Below are positions 1 to 12,941 of a stretch of DNA of 64,000 bases, piece after piece; position 1 is the stretch's first letter; each line of letters opens with the position of its first letter. Both the position numbers and the translations under genes were made by a program. The stretch is from Phaeosaccion multiseriatum. Lineage: Eukaryota > Protista > Ochrophyta, other classes. The stretch spans positions 3,224,001-3,288,000 of the forward strand of contig OZ218950.1 of NCBI GenBank assembly GCA_965112735.1, given 5' to 3'. The notes beneath the pieces are model-generated. The model saw nothing but the letters and a program-made list of their open reading frames with translations. It was not told the DNA's origin and did no database searches.

Positions 1-1193
1 GCCAGAATGTGCTTGACATAGAGCTCCAAATAGGACTGACCCGTGGACACCTTGAGCCGGGGGTTGTTGTTCGTTCGTTTGTCGCAGGAGGGAGAGAGAG
101 AGAGAGTGTGTGTGTGTGTGTAAGATAGACAGATGGAGAGAGAGGCCCAAAAGCACTTTGAGATGGCAGTAGCAGAGCACACTCTTGAGACAACAACGGG
201 CCCACCCCAGCTCCCCCCACAAGAAAGTGTGGGACGACACGCCCTATGCCGTCTCAGGCTTGATAGAACATCGCCATCTCTTCCCTCCTCCTTTCGTGAG
301 CCTTTGGCTCTTGCCCTAACCTCCTCCCCCCCTCCCCCCCCCCCGAGGGCAGAGCAAGCAAAAGGGGTGGACGCTGCAAAGGCTCTCTTGCACCGCCCCA
401 CGAAGGTGTCTATCTCACAGCGAGCCTCCTTTCCTCTATCTGTCTATCTATCTACCTACCCAAGCCAGAGCCCACCTCTCTCCTCTACTCTCCTCTCACT
501 CTCACTCTCCCTCTCCCCCCATAGTCTCACCTCCACGGGCAAGGCAAGTTTGATGCCGTTGAAGCCCAGCCTCTCCCCCAGCCCCCCGGCCACGAGTACG
601 AATCCCATCTTGCCAACCTCTTCCATGCCCTTTTGCTCCAGTTTCTCGAACTCCGCCGTTCCAAAGTTGAGGCGAGTGCCGTCAGGCACCTCGGGAGTGT
701 AACCGTCGAAGGGATTGACGCCCTCGGCAGACTCTTTCAGCAAGGCGCGAGCCTGTTGTGTTGCGCGTGGAGGGGAAAAGAGAGCGCGCACGCAGACAGC
801 AGACAGGAGCCAGCAGCAGCACACACACAACACCTCAGCTGCAAGATGGGTGGTACCCATTTGCTCTATATCAAGACATCAAGAACCCATCGGAGCAAGC
901 AAGCAAGTCTTGGACGCCCCGTCCCCACCTTAGTGATGTAAGCCTCGAGTCCCCCCGGGTAGTTGGCATCGCACGCCTGTAATTGCTCCAGCAGCCCGTG
1001 CTTGGCTTCGTCCTTCTCGCCTGCGGCTGGCCAGTTCTCAAACAAGGCGTCCTGGTCCAGGCTGAGCAGCATGGACACACAACCCTTCTCCTCATCGCTC
1101 AGAATAGCAGCGTTACCCCCTCCAAGCGTAGCTTCCAAGTCTTCACTCATTGGTACAAGTAGACACGATTTTAGGGGAGGACAGGACAGGTGA

Positions 1194-1229
<36 letters not shown>

Positions 1230-1784
1230 AGAAAAGGAGATTAGAGGGGAAGAAGGGGAGAGGGGGAGGGAGTGAGAGAGCAAATGCCAAATGAGAGGGA
1301 AGTCAATTGAGAGAGAGAATGAGCATTATATGTCGTTCTTAGTTCTCTCCATTGCTCACTTATCAAGGTATTACGCACAGCAACGGTCCAAAGCCAACGC
1401 ACCTGAGGAAGACGCTTGCAATGGCAAAGGTGACCTCCTGCCTCCCCCCCTCATCCCGCCCACCCAGGCGGAAGGAGCGACTGCAAACTCACTTCTGCTG
1501 CTACTACTGCTGCTGCTGCTACTGAAGCCGCTGCTCCCTAAGGATGACGAAAAGGGACCTCCTCTAAACCCTTCTACCGCTGTTAGTGATGGAACCGCTG
1601 CAACCCGTCCTGGCAGCACGCTGAAGCACTCTGCAGTATGGAGGTTCAATGTTAACAAGAGGAAGGCGAGGAGCACTTTGCCATTGCTGCTGCAGCTGCT
1701 GCTGCTTCCGCTTCCCCCACTGTTACAATCATCTTCGGAGCATGCTTCGAGCGACCGTGGTGGCGATTGCATGCTTCTCTTCAT
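1..1784 (-). CDS. USP: UDP-sugar pyrophosphorylase (UDP-glucose/galactose pyrophosphorylase family), 5' part; gene runs off the left edge; probable plastid leader exon
   Basis: Exons ~1140/1150-929 (MSEDLE...[14 protein letters not shown]), ~746-531 ([23 protein letters not shown]...[25 protein letters not shown], the nucleotide-binding loop of the USP/UAP family) and 50-1 ([17 protein letters not shown]). Upstream exon 1784-1403 encodes a hydrophobic signal ([17 protein letters not shown]|F) and a Ser/Arg-rich transit-like stretch. Confidence 0.9.
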
Positions 1785-2590
1785 CCTCTGCTGTCCTTTT
1801 TTTTTTCAATTCACACACTCACACATGATATTTTTTTCCCTTCTGGTGCCATCTGGGCTGCCTACTCCCCCTTCACCCTTCACCCCCTCCCCCCCCTCCC
1901 CCCCCTCCTCTTCCTGCTAAATCCTGCTAGAGTCCTACGAGTGAATCCCCTAATCCTGTCCTATGAATGAATGCCCTGCTAGAGTCCTATGCCCCTCCCT
2001 AACAGATAGATCGCATGATCGTATTTCAGTTTCAGTTTCCTTTTCTCCTCCTCTCTTTGACCCTTGACCACTTGAACTCTTGGTCGTTGGTCGGCCAGGC
2101 ATGCTTTCTCTCTCCTGTGGCTTCTCTATGCTCTATACCGTACCCTGACCTCTGGCCCTGGCTTCTCAAGACACACACAACGCACCAACACACGCACACA
2201 CACACACACACCCACCCACCCACACACACACGCACGTTGCTTCTGGCTGGTGGAAGGCCGGCATTTCGTTCCTGGCATTGGCTTCTTGCTTGAGGCCTGA
2301 GAAATCATGCCCCTCCCTGGGACCCTGGGGCCGATCTTGGAGTCCTTGATTCAATGAAGATGAGAACACATAATCGTCTCTCAACCTTCGCCAGGCAGCT
2401 TTCGACTATTAACAAAGCGAGTGCCGTACATTGTTAACCCTCGATCACATCACGCCAGGGTCCTACCTACAAAACCTTCCAACCTGGAAACCAACTTGAA
2501 ACCTAAAGTACCATGTAATGAATAAAACACGCAACAGTGACTCTAGGTCACCTCTCAACATGCCATCCCCTCTCTCTTCCTGCCTCTCCC

Positions 2591-5500
2591 TCAGGGCCCG
2601 ACAATGTCATAGAGCTGTCGTCGCCTCGCCTTCTGCCGCACCCTTCTCGCGACAAGCCCTCCCGCCACCACACCCGCCACTAGCAGACCAGCAACGAGTC
2701 CCGCCACAGCCGACACCCCCCCTCCTGTTCTTTGGCTGCCATTCGTCCTCGGGCTCGCACCCATCGCGTGTAGAAGAACGTCCTTCTTGCGGCTGTGGGG
2801 ACCCGCCTCAGTCGGCGCCCCTCTCCCTCCTTTCCTCAGCATGTCCAGCTCGCCCTCGGCAACGACCGTCCTGACGTTGCCCCAGCTGTCCTCCAACTCC
2901 AGCCCCACGGAGGGGAGGGAGAAGCCCGGCTTGTTCTGCTTGGCCTTGGCGTCGCTGCTGCCGAGGGTCTTCGTTCTCGTCGACTGCACAAGCGTGCTGC
3001 ACACGGCGTTCGGTAGCACCAACGACGCTTGGGACGGACGCGAGGATGGAGCGAAGATCACCGTTGCCTCAGCCAGCACCACACGACTCTTGTCGGCGGC
3101 CCTGTCCTTGCTCTTTGCTTTGTCGGCCTTAGGGGGGTCAGGGCGGGAAGAGGGGGGCGGGGACGAGGACGTGGAGGGCACGAGGCGAAAGGAGCCTTCG
3201 CGAGGTGTCTGCGTGCGTACACTGTTGAACACCTCCGCGGAGAGGATGCACACAGGTTGGTTCTCCGGTGATGCTGCCAGTCGGGCGTCGCCGTCGTCGG
3301 TCTGAGTCTCGATGACGGTGACGGAGACGTGGTGCAGCAGAGGGGCGGTGTAGAAGCGCTCTGCGTTGTAGAGGGCCCAGCCGCACGGGGTGGCGCTGAT
3401 GGCATGAGCACGTTGTATGAGGGTGCACGATGCATCAAGGGGAAGAGTTGGTGAGAGGTATATGGGAGGTAGGAAAGTGACAAACATCCGCATACATACA
3501 CACAACTTACTGGGCTGATCCGGGGTAAGAGTCGCATTTATCGTCAGTGCGCCAAGGTCTCCACGCCGCCTTGAACATCATCGACCACGCCACCTCCCCG
3601 TTAGGGGTCACCTCCATCACTCCGGCCTCATATTGACTGCAGGGCAGAGCACCACCGACCAGGGCAGGATGCGATGCGGGAGCAATGGACAATGGTGGCA
3701 AAGGAGAGAGCGTGCGGAAGGGGGAAGGATGGACACTTAAGCTAGTGAAAGCACGAAGAACCAACGGCACCATATGATCCATTCCTTGACAGCCCAAAGT
3801 ACAAGCGCTGTGCGCCTCGTCCCACGCACCTGCCGTCCTTCGCACAGGGGTAGATCGTGCTTGCTTGCCACGTGGGAACAAGAGTGTTTCCCGCCGGGAC
3901 GGGGTCGGCGTCACCGAAAATGTTGGTTTCTGAGCCGGTGTTCCAATCCACAAGCTTTTGACATTGGGCACGTTGTGAGGAGATGAGGTACAGTACGACA
4001 GGGTGGCAAGGATGAGTTGACTGGAGGAGACTCACTGACATGTGGAAGGACTAAGGACTAAGAAAGAGCAGGGAACGAGAGACTTTGCCAATGCCCAGCA
4101 TAGCTACCATCAAAGTAACCCTTCGGGGCTCGAGCGGAGCTGATGCCAGAGTGAGCCACTTGCACACACACACTAACCATGACACACACACGCACACACA
4201 CAAAAATGCACACACACATACACACGCACGCACAGACGCACGCACACACACACGTACACACACGCACACACACACGCACACACACACGCACACACTCACT
4301 CACATACACGCACACACACACACCTGCGTAGCTGTCTGGCTCTCCTCATCGATGGTAAAGTACATGAAGGAGGAGGACACGGTGGCTCTCGTACCGCCGG
4401 CGTAAGCCCCGTTATTGAAGAGGACCACTGTGTTATCACCAATGTACTCGGCGTTGTGCTGTGAAAAGAAGACGTTGGTGCCCTTGGGCATTTCTGGCGG
4501 GACGTGGAGGAAGGAAAGCGAGGGAGGGAGACGAGAGCGTAAGGGAGGCGAAGCAGGGCGGAGATCGGTATCGTGGACAAGGCGCGACAGGATGGGACGC
4601 CATTGAAAACCTCCTCTTCGGTCCTGGCGCTCGACCAGAGCTTCGACCTAGCTGTGCATTCTTTCGCCTCCCCCCTGCCCCGGCGTTATAGGTCCCTTGG
4701 CGGCAAAACGTTCCTGACTTGACACCAAGCACCCACACGTATTTTGGTCCCTACGTACCCATTCCGTCGAGCAAGGTGATGTCCAGCGTTCCGTACGGTC
4801 CGCCGAGCACCCACACCACCTCCTCCGTCTCTCTGGAGATCTTAAAGAGGCCGTGCAGGTTACGGGCGCTGACGTAGACATCGTTGTCGAATGAGTTGAT
4901 ATGGTTCACATGGACCCATTGCTTTGAGCCTGGACGTGGGGAGGGGGGGTGGGGGTGGGAGGAAGGGTCAGAGGAGGGCAGAGATCGAGTGAGAGTCAGA
5001 AGGGGGGGGGGAGGCAGGGGGGCATTTAAAATGAACATCGAATAGCGAGTGGCAACGTAAACGAGAAAATGACTCTCTGAGTACAATCGCATTTCCCTTC
5101 GCGGTACCAAAGCGGGGTATACACACACTCTCATTCTCTTCCGTCCGTCCGCCCTCTCTCTTCTCCTCCCTCACCTCTCCAATCCCCCACCTCGGCCTTG
5201 TTCACGACCTTGTCGTAGTCGAAGCGTACGTGGTCACTGAAGTCCCACCTCCAGACCTGTAGATAGAGCGGGTAAGGAATGATGTAAGTATGATGACGGG
5301 TCAGCGACGATGGTACCACCAACGCACACACGTATCCACGTATCTTTCAGTCCCCCAACCAGTTCCTCCCGTCAGAGGCATTGGCAGGCAGATCGGCGCT
5401 TGTGCCATTGCCTCAGTCACTCACTCACGCACTCACATACGCACTCACGCACTCACTCACACACTCGCTCACTCGCGCAGTCACTCACTCACTCCCCCAC

Positions 5501-6245
5501 CAACTCACTCACTCACTTATTCGCTCTCTCACTCACCAGTTTTCCATCGACGTCATACTCCAAGATGGACTCATATTTCGCTCTCATTACGCCTTTGCCT
5601 GTATACTCCGTGACCGTCTCCACCTCGACCGTGTCGTCCGAGTTACCCGTGGAGATGAGGTAGGTTTGCTTCTTGGGCAACCAAGCAATGTCGTGCGAAG
5701 AGCCCCAGATGGTCGTGGGTAGCTCCGTGCCCAGGAAGGAGCCATCCTTGGCGCCCGAGCCGTACTTGTAGAAGTAAGAGTCTGCTTCGGAGGCATCATC
5801 ATCGTCATCGCCGCCAGTCTGGTGCCGGCGCAAAGGGAGGAACAGGGCAGGGCGTGGGGGGTCGAACTCATGAGCACAGCAACCGTAGACGGATGCACTC
5901 GTCGGTGGGTGCTTGCTTACCTGTCTGACTGTGTAAATGCCGGCTCCTGGCTCGATAATCTTCGCGGCTTCAATGCGGCTCACAGCTTCTCCGTGGTACT
6001 GCGGAGGGGGTAGCACTGAACTATCTGTTACACATCAGGCAGAGGTAGGGGGCAGTACGTATGGAAGGGTGAGGGAGAAAGAGGCCGTCTCAAACATGCC
6101 CAAGCCCTCGAGCTTGAGTGAGCCCCTGAGAGGGTCGTATAAGCCCCTGCCTCTCTCTTCTCTCTTCTCTTCCTCTCTGACTCTCTCCAACTCTGTGTGT
6201 CTGGACAAAAGCCCCCACTCCCCTCCCCTCAACATGTACGCAAGC

Positions 6246-6290
<45 letters not shown>

Positions 6291-7095
6291 TCCTCTCACC
6301 TTCAAAATCGTCGTATGCACTCACTCCTTCAAAGTCCGTCACTAACACGGAGCTCACGAGCCGACCCTAGTGAGGAGGAGGAGGAGGAGGAGGAGGAGGA
6401 GGAAGCGTTTTCATTTTTTCACCCTCGTGCTCCACGTCCAAAGCGATGCATATCGCTCGTTGGGGCAGGGCCCACTCAGCAGGCTCCCCACGAGCTTGGA
6501 TCACCACCACCACCGCCCACCACCGCCGCCGCAGCCACCATGTTTCAATTAGAACAAACCTTCATGTCAGTGACCGCCATCATACTCGTACATATGGCAT
6601 TACTCGAGTAGATGCCATTGGCCAAGCTTATCTCCACTCGCCCGCTGTCAAGCATCTAGAGAGTGCAGACGGTGGGTCGAGCGTCAATTTCTGTTGGCGG
6701 GCCACGCAGGAGCAAGCCATTCCAACTCACCTGATTGGCAAGCATTTTATCTCCTCCTCCCAGCAGGCTCTCATCATAGTATACGTCCACCGCCTCGGGA
6801 ACAAGATCTGGCTCCCATCCTCCTCGAGCCGTTGATTGCTGTGGTTGGGGGTGATGTGTTGTTTGAGAGTGGCTTGCTAAACATATGAACAACCCGTCTT
6901 CTCGTCGCGCACCTGGATGAAGTCGTTGACGCTAGGGAATGCATGCCACTGACTGGCAGCATTGCCCTCTCTGACCGTCTTCTTCGAAGAAGGGATGCCC
7001 TTCATCACCAATTTCGAAGAAGATAGTGGTAGAAGGAGGAGAAGGCCAAGAGCAGAGCCCCACAAGGAGCAGCGTGGAGCCAGGAGGAGAACCAT
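2591..7095 (-). CDS. Arylsulfotransferase (ASST-like beta-propeller) with N-terminal signal peptide and C-terminal transmembrane anchor; multi-exon
   Basis: Signal peptide MVLLLAPRCSLWGSALGLLLLLPLSSS. ASST-type motifs in successive exons: GSSHDIAW, ESILEYDVDGKL/VWRWDFSDH, KQWVHVNHINS...VSARNLHGLFKISRETEEVVWVLGG, FFSQHNAEY...VVLFNNG, GVMEVTPNGEVAWSM, WALYNAERFY. TM helix GVSAVAGLVAGLLVAGVVAGGLVA followed by RRVRQKARRR. Confidence 0.8.
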
Positions 7096-7378
7096 ACTCG
7101 TTGAAGAGTTCTGTGTCAGCCTTTCCGTTAGCTCCTCTCTATTTCAACTTAGAGATCTTATCTACCGCTTAAGTCGTTTTTTGTTAATTGGAGCTACTCG
7201 TAGTAGGGTGTGTAACGGCCAAATTTGCGTTCCAGTGTGGTGACCCCGAGTTTTAAAATGGAACGATTTTTTGGGCGAAACGGCAAAAATCAACCTTAGA
7301 GATCAATTAGAGAGAGAAAGAGAGAAAGAGGGGATAGAACGATTGTGGTGCTTTGTGGCATCATCACCTCGCTCAGAG

Positions 7379-9722
7379 ATGGACGCTGAATACCTGCAGA
7401 GAACGGTGGGTGCCCCTCTGACCGATGCGCTCACGCAACTGGTCATCGACCAGCCCAAGGACGCGGTGGAGTACCTGGGAGAGTTCTTGCTGGCATACAT
7501 GAGCCGGCAGCAGCTGGCTGTCAAGAGGGAGGCATACAATACGGTGCTGGCGGAGAAGGTGAAGCAGGCCAAGCCGTCCATGGAGGAGGTGGAGGCGGCG
7601 GCAGAGGCAGAGGCGAGGGCTGCGCGGGAGGCCGAGGCCCTTGAGGCGGAGGAGCGAATGCAGGGCACTACTGAGGCCACTGCCATCCTACAGGAGACTG
7701 TTAGCTACCTCAATAAAAGTGTGGAAAGTGCGGCTGGCGTCTACCTTGCTCGAAAGACTTCTGCTGAGGAGCGAAATGTGCTCACCTATGTGACAGCATC
7801 TGAAGGGCAGGAAAAGATGCTCGGGAAGGTGCTAAAAGGAGCCCCAGTCGGAGCAGAGGATGTTGCAGACGATGAAGAGGATCCAGAGAGGAGAGAGGAG
7901 GGGGTCACCTTCCGTCTGTGGAAGAAGACTGAGACACCGCCCCCTCCACCTCCCACCTATGACGAAGATGGAAACGTGCTGGAGCCTGAGGGCGAGCCGG
8001 AGCTCATCCCCCCAGAGCACGTTCTGGTAAGTGTCTCCTGTGGGCCAAAGCAAGGTCTCAGTATAGGTCACGGGCAGGTAGTGCATGGGGAGGCCGAGGC
8101 CGCGTGCCTTCCCTTTCCACCATCCTCTTGGACCGTTCCAGGCTGTAGTCTCATGCGGTCCCTCTCTCTCCCGGTCTCTCCTTCAGGTACCTAATGTTGT
8201 ACGGGAGCCAGCAATAAAGTTCTTTGGCATCCCCAAGATAGGAGCTTATCTCACTGTGCCAGTCACGTACAGCAGCTGGATCCACGCAGGCGGTGAGTGC
8301 TTATTGAGGTGGTTGATGATGCTCCCATCACCTTGGACCGTCTTGGGGCAGCGTCTCTTGGGCACGGTGGGAGAAGCGGTACACAGCAGTGAGGCGCGTT
8401 TGACCAGCTTCGCTGATCGTTCCACCGCTGCGAGAGAGTTCGCGGCAGCAGCAGCAATTCAGTCTCCCTCAGTTCCCTCACCCTGGGACTGTTCCCTTTG
8501 CGTTTTTTCCATACAACGTCACGCCCCTTCTGCGCCCATCAGGTGTGGAGGACAAGCTTCCTCCAGCGCCCGCGGAAGAGACCGAAGAAGGAGAGGAGGG
8601 CGAAGCGAAGGAGGCGGGGGAGCAGGCAGCCGAGGGAGCAGGACCAAAGCAACCCGAAGATGACCTCCTGTTCCAGCCAAATAAGGTTCCCATGACGGCA
8701 GTCTTGTGTGCCGACTCCATGGGCAAGGGCTCGGCCTTTGCCTCCGCCGATGTGCAGCTGTTTAAGGACTGGTCCATCAAGCTGGCAAGCTCTCTGGAGG
8801 CGGCGGAGAAGAAGCTCTTTGAGGCCGAAGCAAAGGCCCTCCCTCTCCTCACGGCCGAGAACCAAGGCGCGCTGCTGTTCTCAAAGAGGGAGGAAGGAGC
8901 AACGGCAGTGGCGGCGGCCGAAGAAGCTGTCAAGGCCTATGAGGCTCTGGGAGAACCCGAGGAAGGCACAGAGGCACCCGTGCAGCCCCCGCCTGTCACC
9001 GAGGTTGCCCATGCTCAGGCGGTGAAGCTGGTGATGGTCTTTGCCGACATTTTCACGGTAAGAGAGAAGGAAAGAGAGGGTAGGAAGGGAGCGGAGATAG
9101 GCCGAGTGGACGCCCCCCCCCGCGCGCTGGTTATACTCTGGCCGTGTGTGCGTCGGCAATACTCTCTGATCGCGGCCTACCCATACCCAACACCTCATAA
9201 ACCATGGACCCATAACACCCATCCACCAACCACACCACCGCACAGGTCATGTCCAAGCTGCTGGTGCCTCCCAAACCCGCGGGCCTCAAGGTACTCCAAA
9301 TGGGTCTGCAGCTGCTCGGCCTCTCGTACACAAGTCCCACCGCGGTCTCGGCCGAGACAGCGACACTGAGCGACGGAATGGCCGAGTGGGTGGGCATGCG
9401 AAGCGTCTTGGCCTCTCTACCGGGTGCTGTGCAGAGCTTCGACCCTAGGGCGGAGGACGCAGGGCAGAGTGCCCCGGCCATGCGCGAGAAGATGGAGGCT
9501 TTGGATGACTCGGAAACCGTCGAGGCGGTCAACCTTCCTGCCGCAGCCCTGCTGGATTGGATCAAGGCGTCCATTGCGCTCTCCGACACGGCTGTGGCCC
9601 AGAGGGCGGCCGAGGCGGAGGCGGCGGCATTGGCATTAGCGGCGGCGGAGGAGGAGGCTGCTGCTGCCGCTGCTGCTGCCGCTGCCGCTGCCGACGCGGA
9701 GGGGGAGGACGGGGAGGAGTAG
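7379..9722 (+). CDS. Dpy-30 motif + GAF-like domain flagellar protein (radial spoke protein 2-like)
   Basis: N-terminal Dpy-30 dimerisation motif MDAEYLQRTVGAPLTDALTQLVIDQPKDAVEYLGEFL. GAF-like pieces: GVYLARK..LTYVTAS..GVTFRLW..VPNVVREPAIKFFGIPKIGAYLTVPV..VLCADSMG..AFASADVQLF. Ala/Glu-rich tail; GT-AG introns near 8027, 8293 and ~9021-9057. Confidence 0.7.
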
Positions 9723-10594
9723 GCAGTAGTTGTGGGTAGTTAATTCGTGTCGGCATGTGCCAATGACCCTCGATACGGCAGCTCCTCCTGTGGCAACCGC
9801 CCGCGCGCGTGCGTGTGTGTGTGTGTACAGGAGAGGTGAGGAGGAGAGGCGCGAGGGGGAGGGAGCAAGAGAGACTCTACGAGTGGAGGAAGCCCTTCGC
9901 CAGCGGAGCATCAAGACTAGTGAAGCTTGAGGAAGAGAAGGGAGGGAGGGAGAGACACAGAGAGAGCAAGTAGAGAGCAGTTGCACACTTGAGCTTAAGC
10001 CTATTCACGAGAGTTCGCTCGGCCCTTCTCTTGCTACAAACCGATTTGACAAGACATGCATGTACTTCCCCCTCTTGCCCCTCTTGGCTCCTCTTTGCTT
10101 GCTATAGCATTCTCCAAGTCCTGGGCCTCATATATAATCACGCAGCATGAGCCGAGCGAGGCGTTGCCCAGGCAATAGGAGAACCTGCTCCCGAGCGAGA
10201 GCTCTTAGCACCCCTGCTGAGCGCCCTCCATACACCCGCTGCTTGCTGGCTGGCTCTTTCTTCTCCTTCTGCCGCACCACCCTTGCTCACCACCCCACCC
10301 CGCCTATTCCAACCCTACGCTGAGCTCTACTCCGTCCTTTATACAGCAAAAATACTACTTCTAGTGTTTTTTTGTATTAAATGAAGACATCGCTCGGTGG
10401 CCAAAATTGCCCATCTCCCCTGGACTGCTTGAAAGCGCATATCAGCTGCCTTCGCTTGCTCACCCTGTGAATCGCTGCTTCCTATACTACATACAACACG
10501 AAGCTCGGCTCGGCTCGCTCGCAGCTGCCAGTCACACACACCGCCTCCCGTCAATAACCCTACTGCCACCCACCACCAGTCCGTCGCTCCCGCT

Positions 10595-12183
10595 TCAAGC
10601 AAAGTTCGCCCTCACGCTGCCACTATCCCACTCGGATCCTTCATTGATGTGTTGCAGCCTGGACCACAGCGAAGTGACGGTTACACAAGAATTGAACTCT
10701 CCGTTCTCTCCCATCGTGTCTACTCCTGCTGGTAATTCCGCTACGAAAGCGGTGTCAAAAAGCTGGCCTTTTTCGATGCAAAAGTGCTGCGTGGGCTGAG
10801 AGTCAATACCAGTAACTTCACCACTGCACCCGGCGTACTCTTCTTTGACTGCAGACACCTCCACCACGACAGTTCCCGCCGCAACCTGTGCCCACAGCTC
10901 CGCCCTCAGCTGCTCGTAGGGTACATTGAAAAGTGGAAACGCCAGCGTGAACTGCTGGCCAAGGGTCTGCTCCCGCCACTTTCTAACATCGGCGAGGTGC
11001 AAATCTCCGAAGCAGAGAGCCGCTACGCGACCACTAGGCCTCGGTGTGTCCTCGCTACTCCTGTCCTCCCTGCCAGTGCCGCCCTCCTCGCTACTACCGT
11101 GCTCCCCCCCCCCCCCTCCTCCTCCTCCTCCTCCTCCTCCTCATCGTCGTCGTCGTCACTCCCCCCGCATTCAGGCAGGTGGTTACGAAGCGCCTCGTTC
11201 ACGGCATCGATGTAGGGTCCGTCTTTGGAAGACGTTTGGCCTCCGACCAGGGGCACCGCGATGAGGTCAAGCTCAAGAGCCTCCGCTTGCTTCTGCACAT
11301 CGCTGATGTGATGGTTTTGGAATGTCACACTGAACGGAGTTCGAAGAGGAGAAGAGGGAAAGGGAAAGGCAAAGGGTAAGTCGGAAGACACTCCAAGGGA
11401 AGCTGCTTCGGGGCGGATGTGGCATTGCTCTCTGCTCCCGTGACGTTCCACTCGGGGAGCCCACCCGCTTGCCCATACTCCCTGCTCATCTCACCTGCCC
11501 GTGGCTCTGTCGTGCGTCGTGAGGAGGACGATTTCGACTTCGCCGTCCGTTAAAGCGTCCCGCAGAGAGCGCTGGAGAGCAAGAAGCGCGAGAAAAGAGT
11601 CTTTTCCCCCGCTCCAAAAGAGCACGTGAAAGCGCACATGTGCTTTACCACCAATAGCTCTCTTTTTGTTGCGCATCAGAGTTGTTGAGGAAAAGGCATG
11701 GCTTGCCGGCTCTGCTTCCACTTTCACGGGAGGGACACATACGTGTTCGTATGGACAGTGTCTTTGGCCATCGCCACGGAGGGAGAGAGAGAACGACGGG
11801 GGATGATGAGAGGGTAGAGCAATGAGGACTAGGGCAATGCCCGTGGATCGGAGAGGGGGACTGGGGGCGGTACGAAAGAGAGAAAAGGGGGAAACCGGGC
11901 AGTTCTGCCTCCAGGGAGGTTGGAATCGACGACAGCCATCAGCGCAAAACGCCTGCTTACCTACAGCCATTGCCGCAACAGCGTCCCCTCTTCTGGTGAG
12001 CGAACGCTGTCATAACCGAATAACCGCTGTGAGGGTCTGGGAAGAGTGGACAAGAGGGGGGGGGGGTTGAGTGCAATACGGCCAACAACACAAGTGTCCT
12101 AGATCCGGAAGCCGTCTCTCACCTTTATAGAAAGACTCTCCTTTCCCGCACGCTGCGGCATGGAGGTCTTCTATATCCCTCAT
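10595..12183 (-). CDS. DUF5522-like Cys-rich domain fused to a Dph6-related (Diphthami_syn_2) PP-loop ATP pyrophosphatase
   Basis: Spliced N-terminus MRDIEDLHAAACGKGESFYK/DPHSGYSVMTAFAHQKRGRCCGNGC/RHCPYEH. PP-loop VLFWSGGKDSFLAL..VLLTT; QAEALELDL; CFGDLHLADVRKWRE; LAFPLF; LPAGVDTMGENGEFNSCV. A one-base frameshift sits at the C13 homopolymer 11104-11116. Confidence 0.8.
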
Positions 12184-12488
12184 GCTTGCACGAAATGGAC
12201 CAGCTTCCTCTTTATGCCTTCTCTGATATCCTTCTCCCTCAAACCTCTCCCCTCCCCTTCCTCCGCGGGCACGGCCGAAAGGACCCCACCACTTTATATT
12301 CTTAAAAAGAGCTTGCCCAGTGCTTCGAGGAGTCTGAAAGGAGTATCCCGATAATCGAAAGGGGAAGGGGAGGAAAGAGGAGAAACGCGCAAAGCAATGA
12401 TGACACGATTGCGACCCCTAAAATAAAAAATCTGTGAACTTGATCACCAACACGCCATGACCAATGGTACCCCGGCATAATTTGATAT

Positions 12489-12941
12489 TCGGCCCCATGC
12501 ATGCCTAGCGGTTTTGCTCTAGGCCGCTAGGCCGCTCGGCCTTCGGCTGATCTAGGCCTAGGCCGGCGGCCTCCGGCCGCTCTAGGCCGCTCACTTTTCA
12601 GTCCTAGGCGGCCTATATAGCCCGCCTCTAGGCAGCCTCCCAGTGGCCGTGGGCGCGTGCGTGGTGCCGCCCAGCCAGTGGGTAGCAGCACACCTGTAGG
12701 TCTGCACTCCTCGTAGGGCCAGCGAGGCGGAAGAGACAACACGAACCAAGACTACTCCTCACTTCCAATCCCATGCAATGAAACTGACTACTCTTTGCAC
12801 TCTGGGCACTCCCACCGTCCGCCTAGTTGGCTGGCGTCTGCCCTAGGCGGCGGCATATAAATAGGCCGAGGGCCTACGGCCCTCGCTAGGCCGGGCAATT
12901 TTCCCAAATAGGCCTAGGCCGCTAGGCGTGCATGGGGCCGA
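12489..12941. mobile_element. Non-autonomous TIR element (MITE family A), uninterrupted copy, 453 bp
   Basis: Termini TCGGCCCCATGCATGCCTAGCGG ... CCGCTAGGCGTGCATGGGGCCGA (23 bp, 1 mismatch). Flanked by direct repeat TGATAT (12483-12488 and 12942-12947). Near-identical inverted copy at 36841-37841. Confidence 0.92.

Noticed and set aside
11100-11120. Frameshift in the Dph6-like gene suggesting a pseudogene or programmed frameshift
   Set aside because: It falls exactly in a 13-nt C homopolymer and both flanks are intact coding sequence, so a sequencing or assembly length error is most likely.
12527-12742. ORF shared with 37082-37297 (PPRWPYEECRPTG...)
   Set aside because: It is a chance reading frame within the family A core and has no transposase features.
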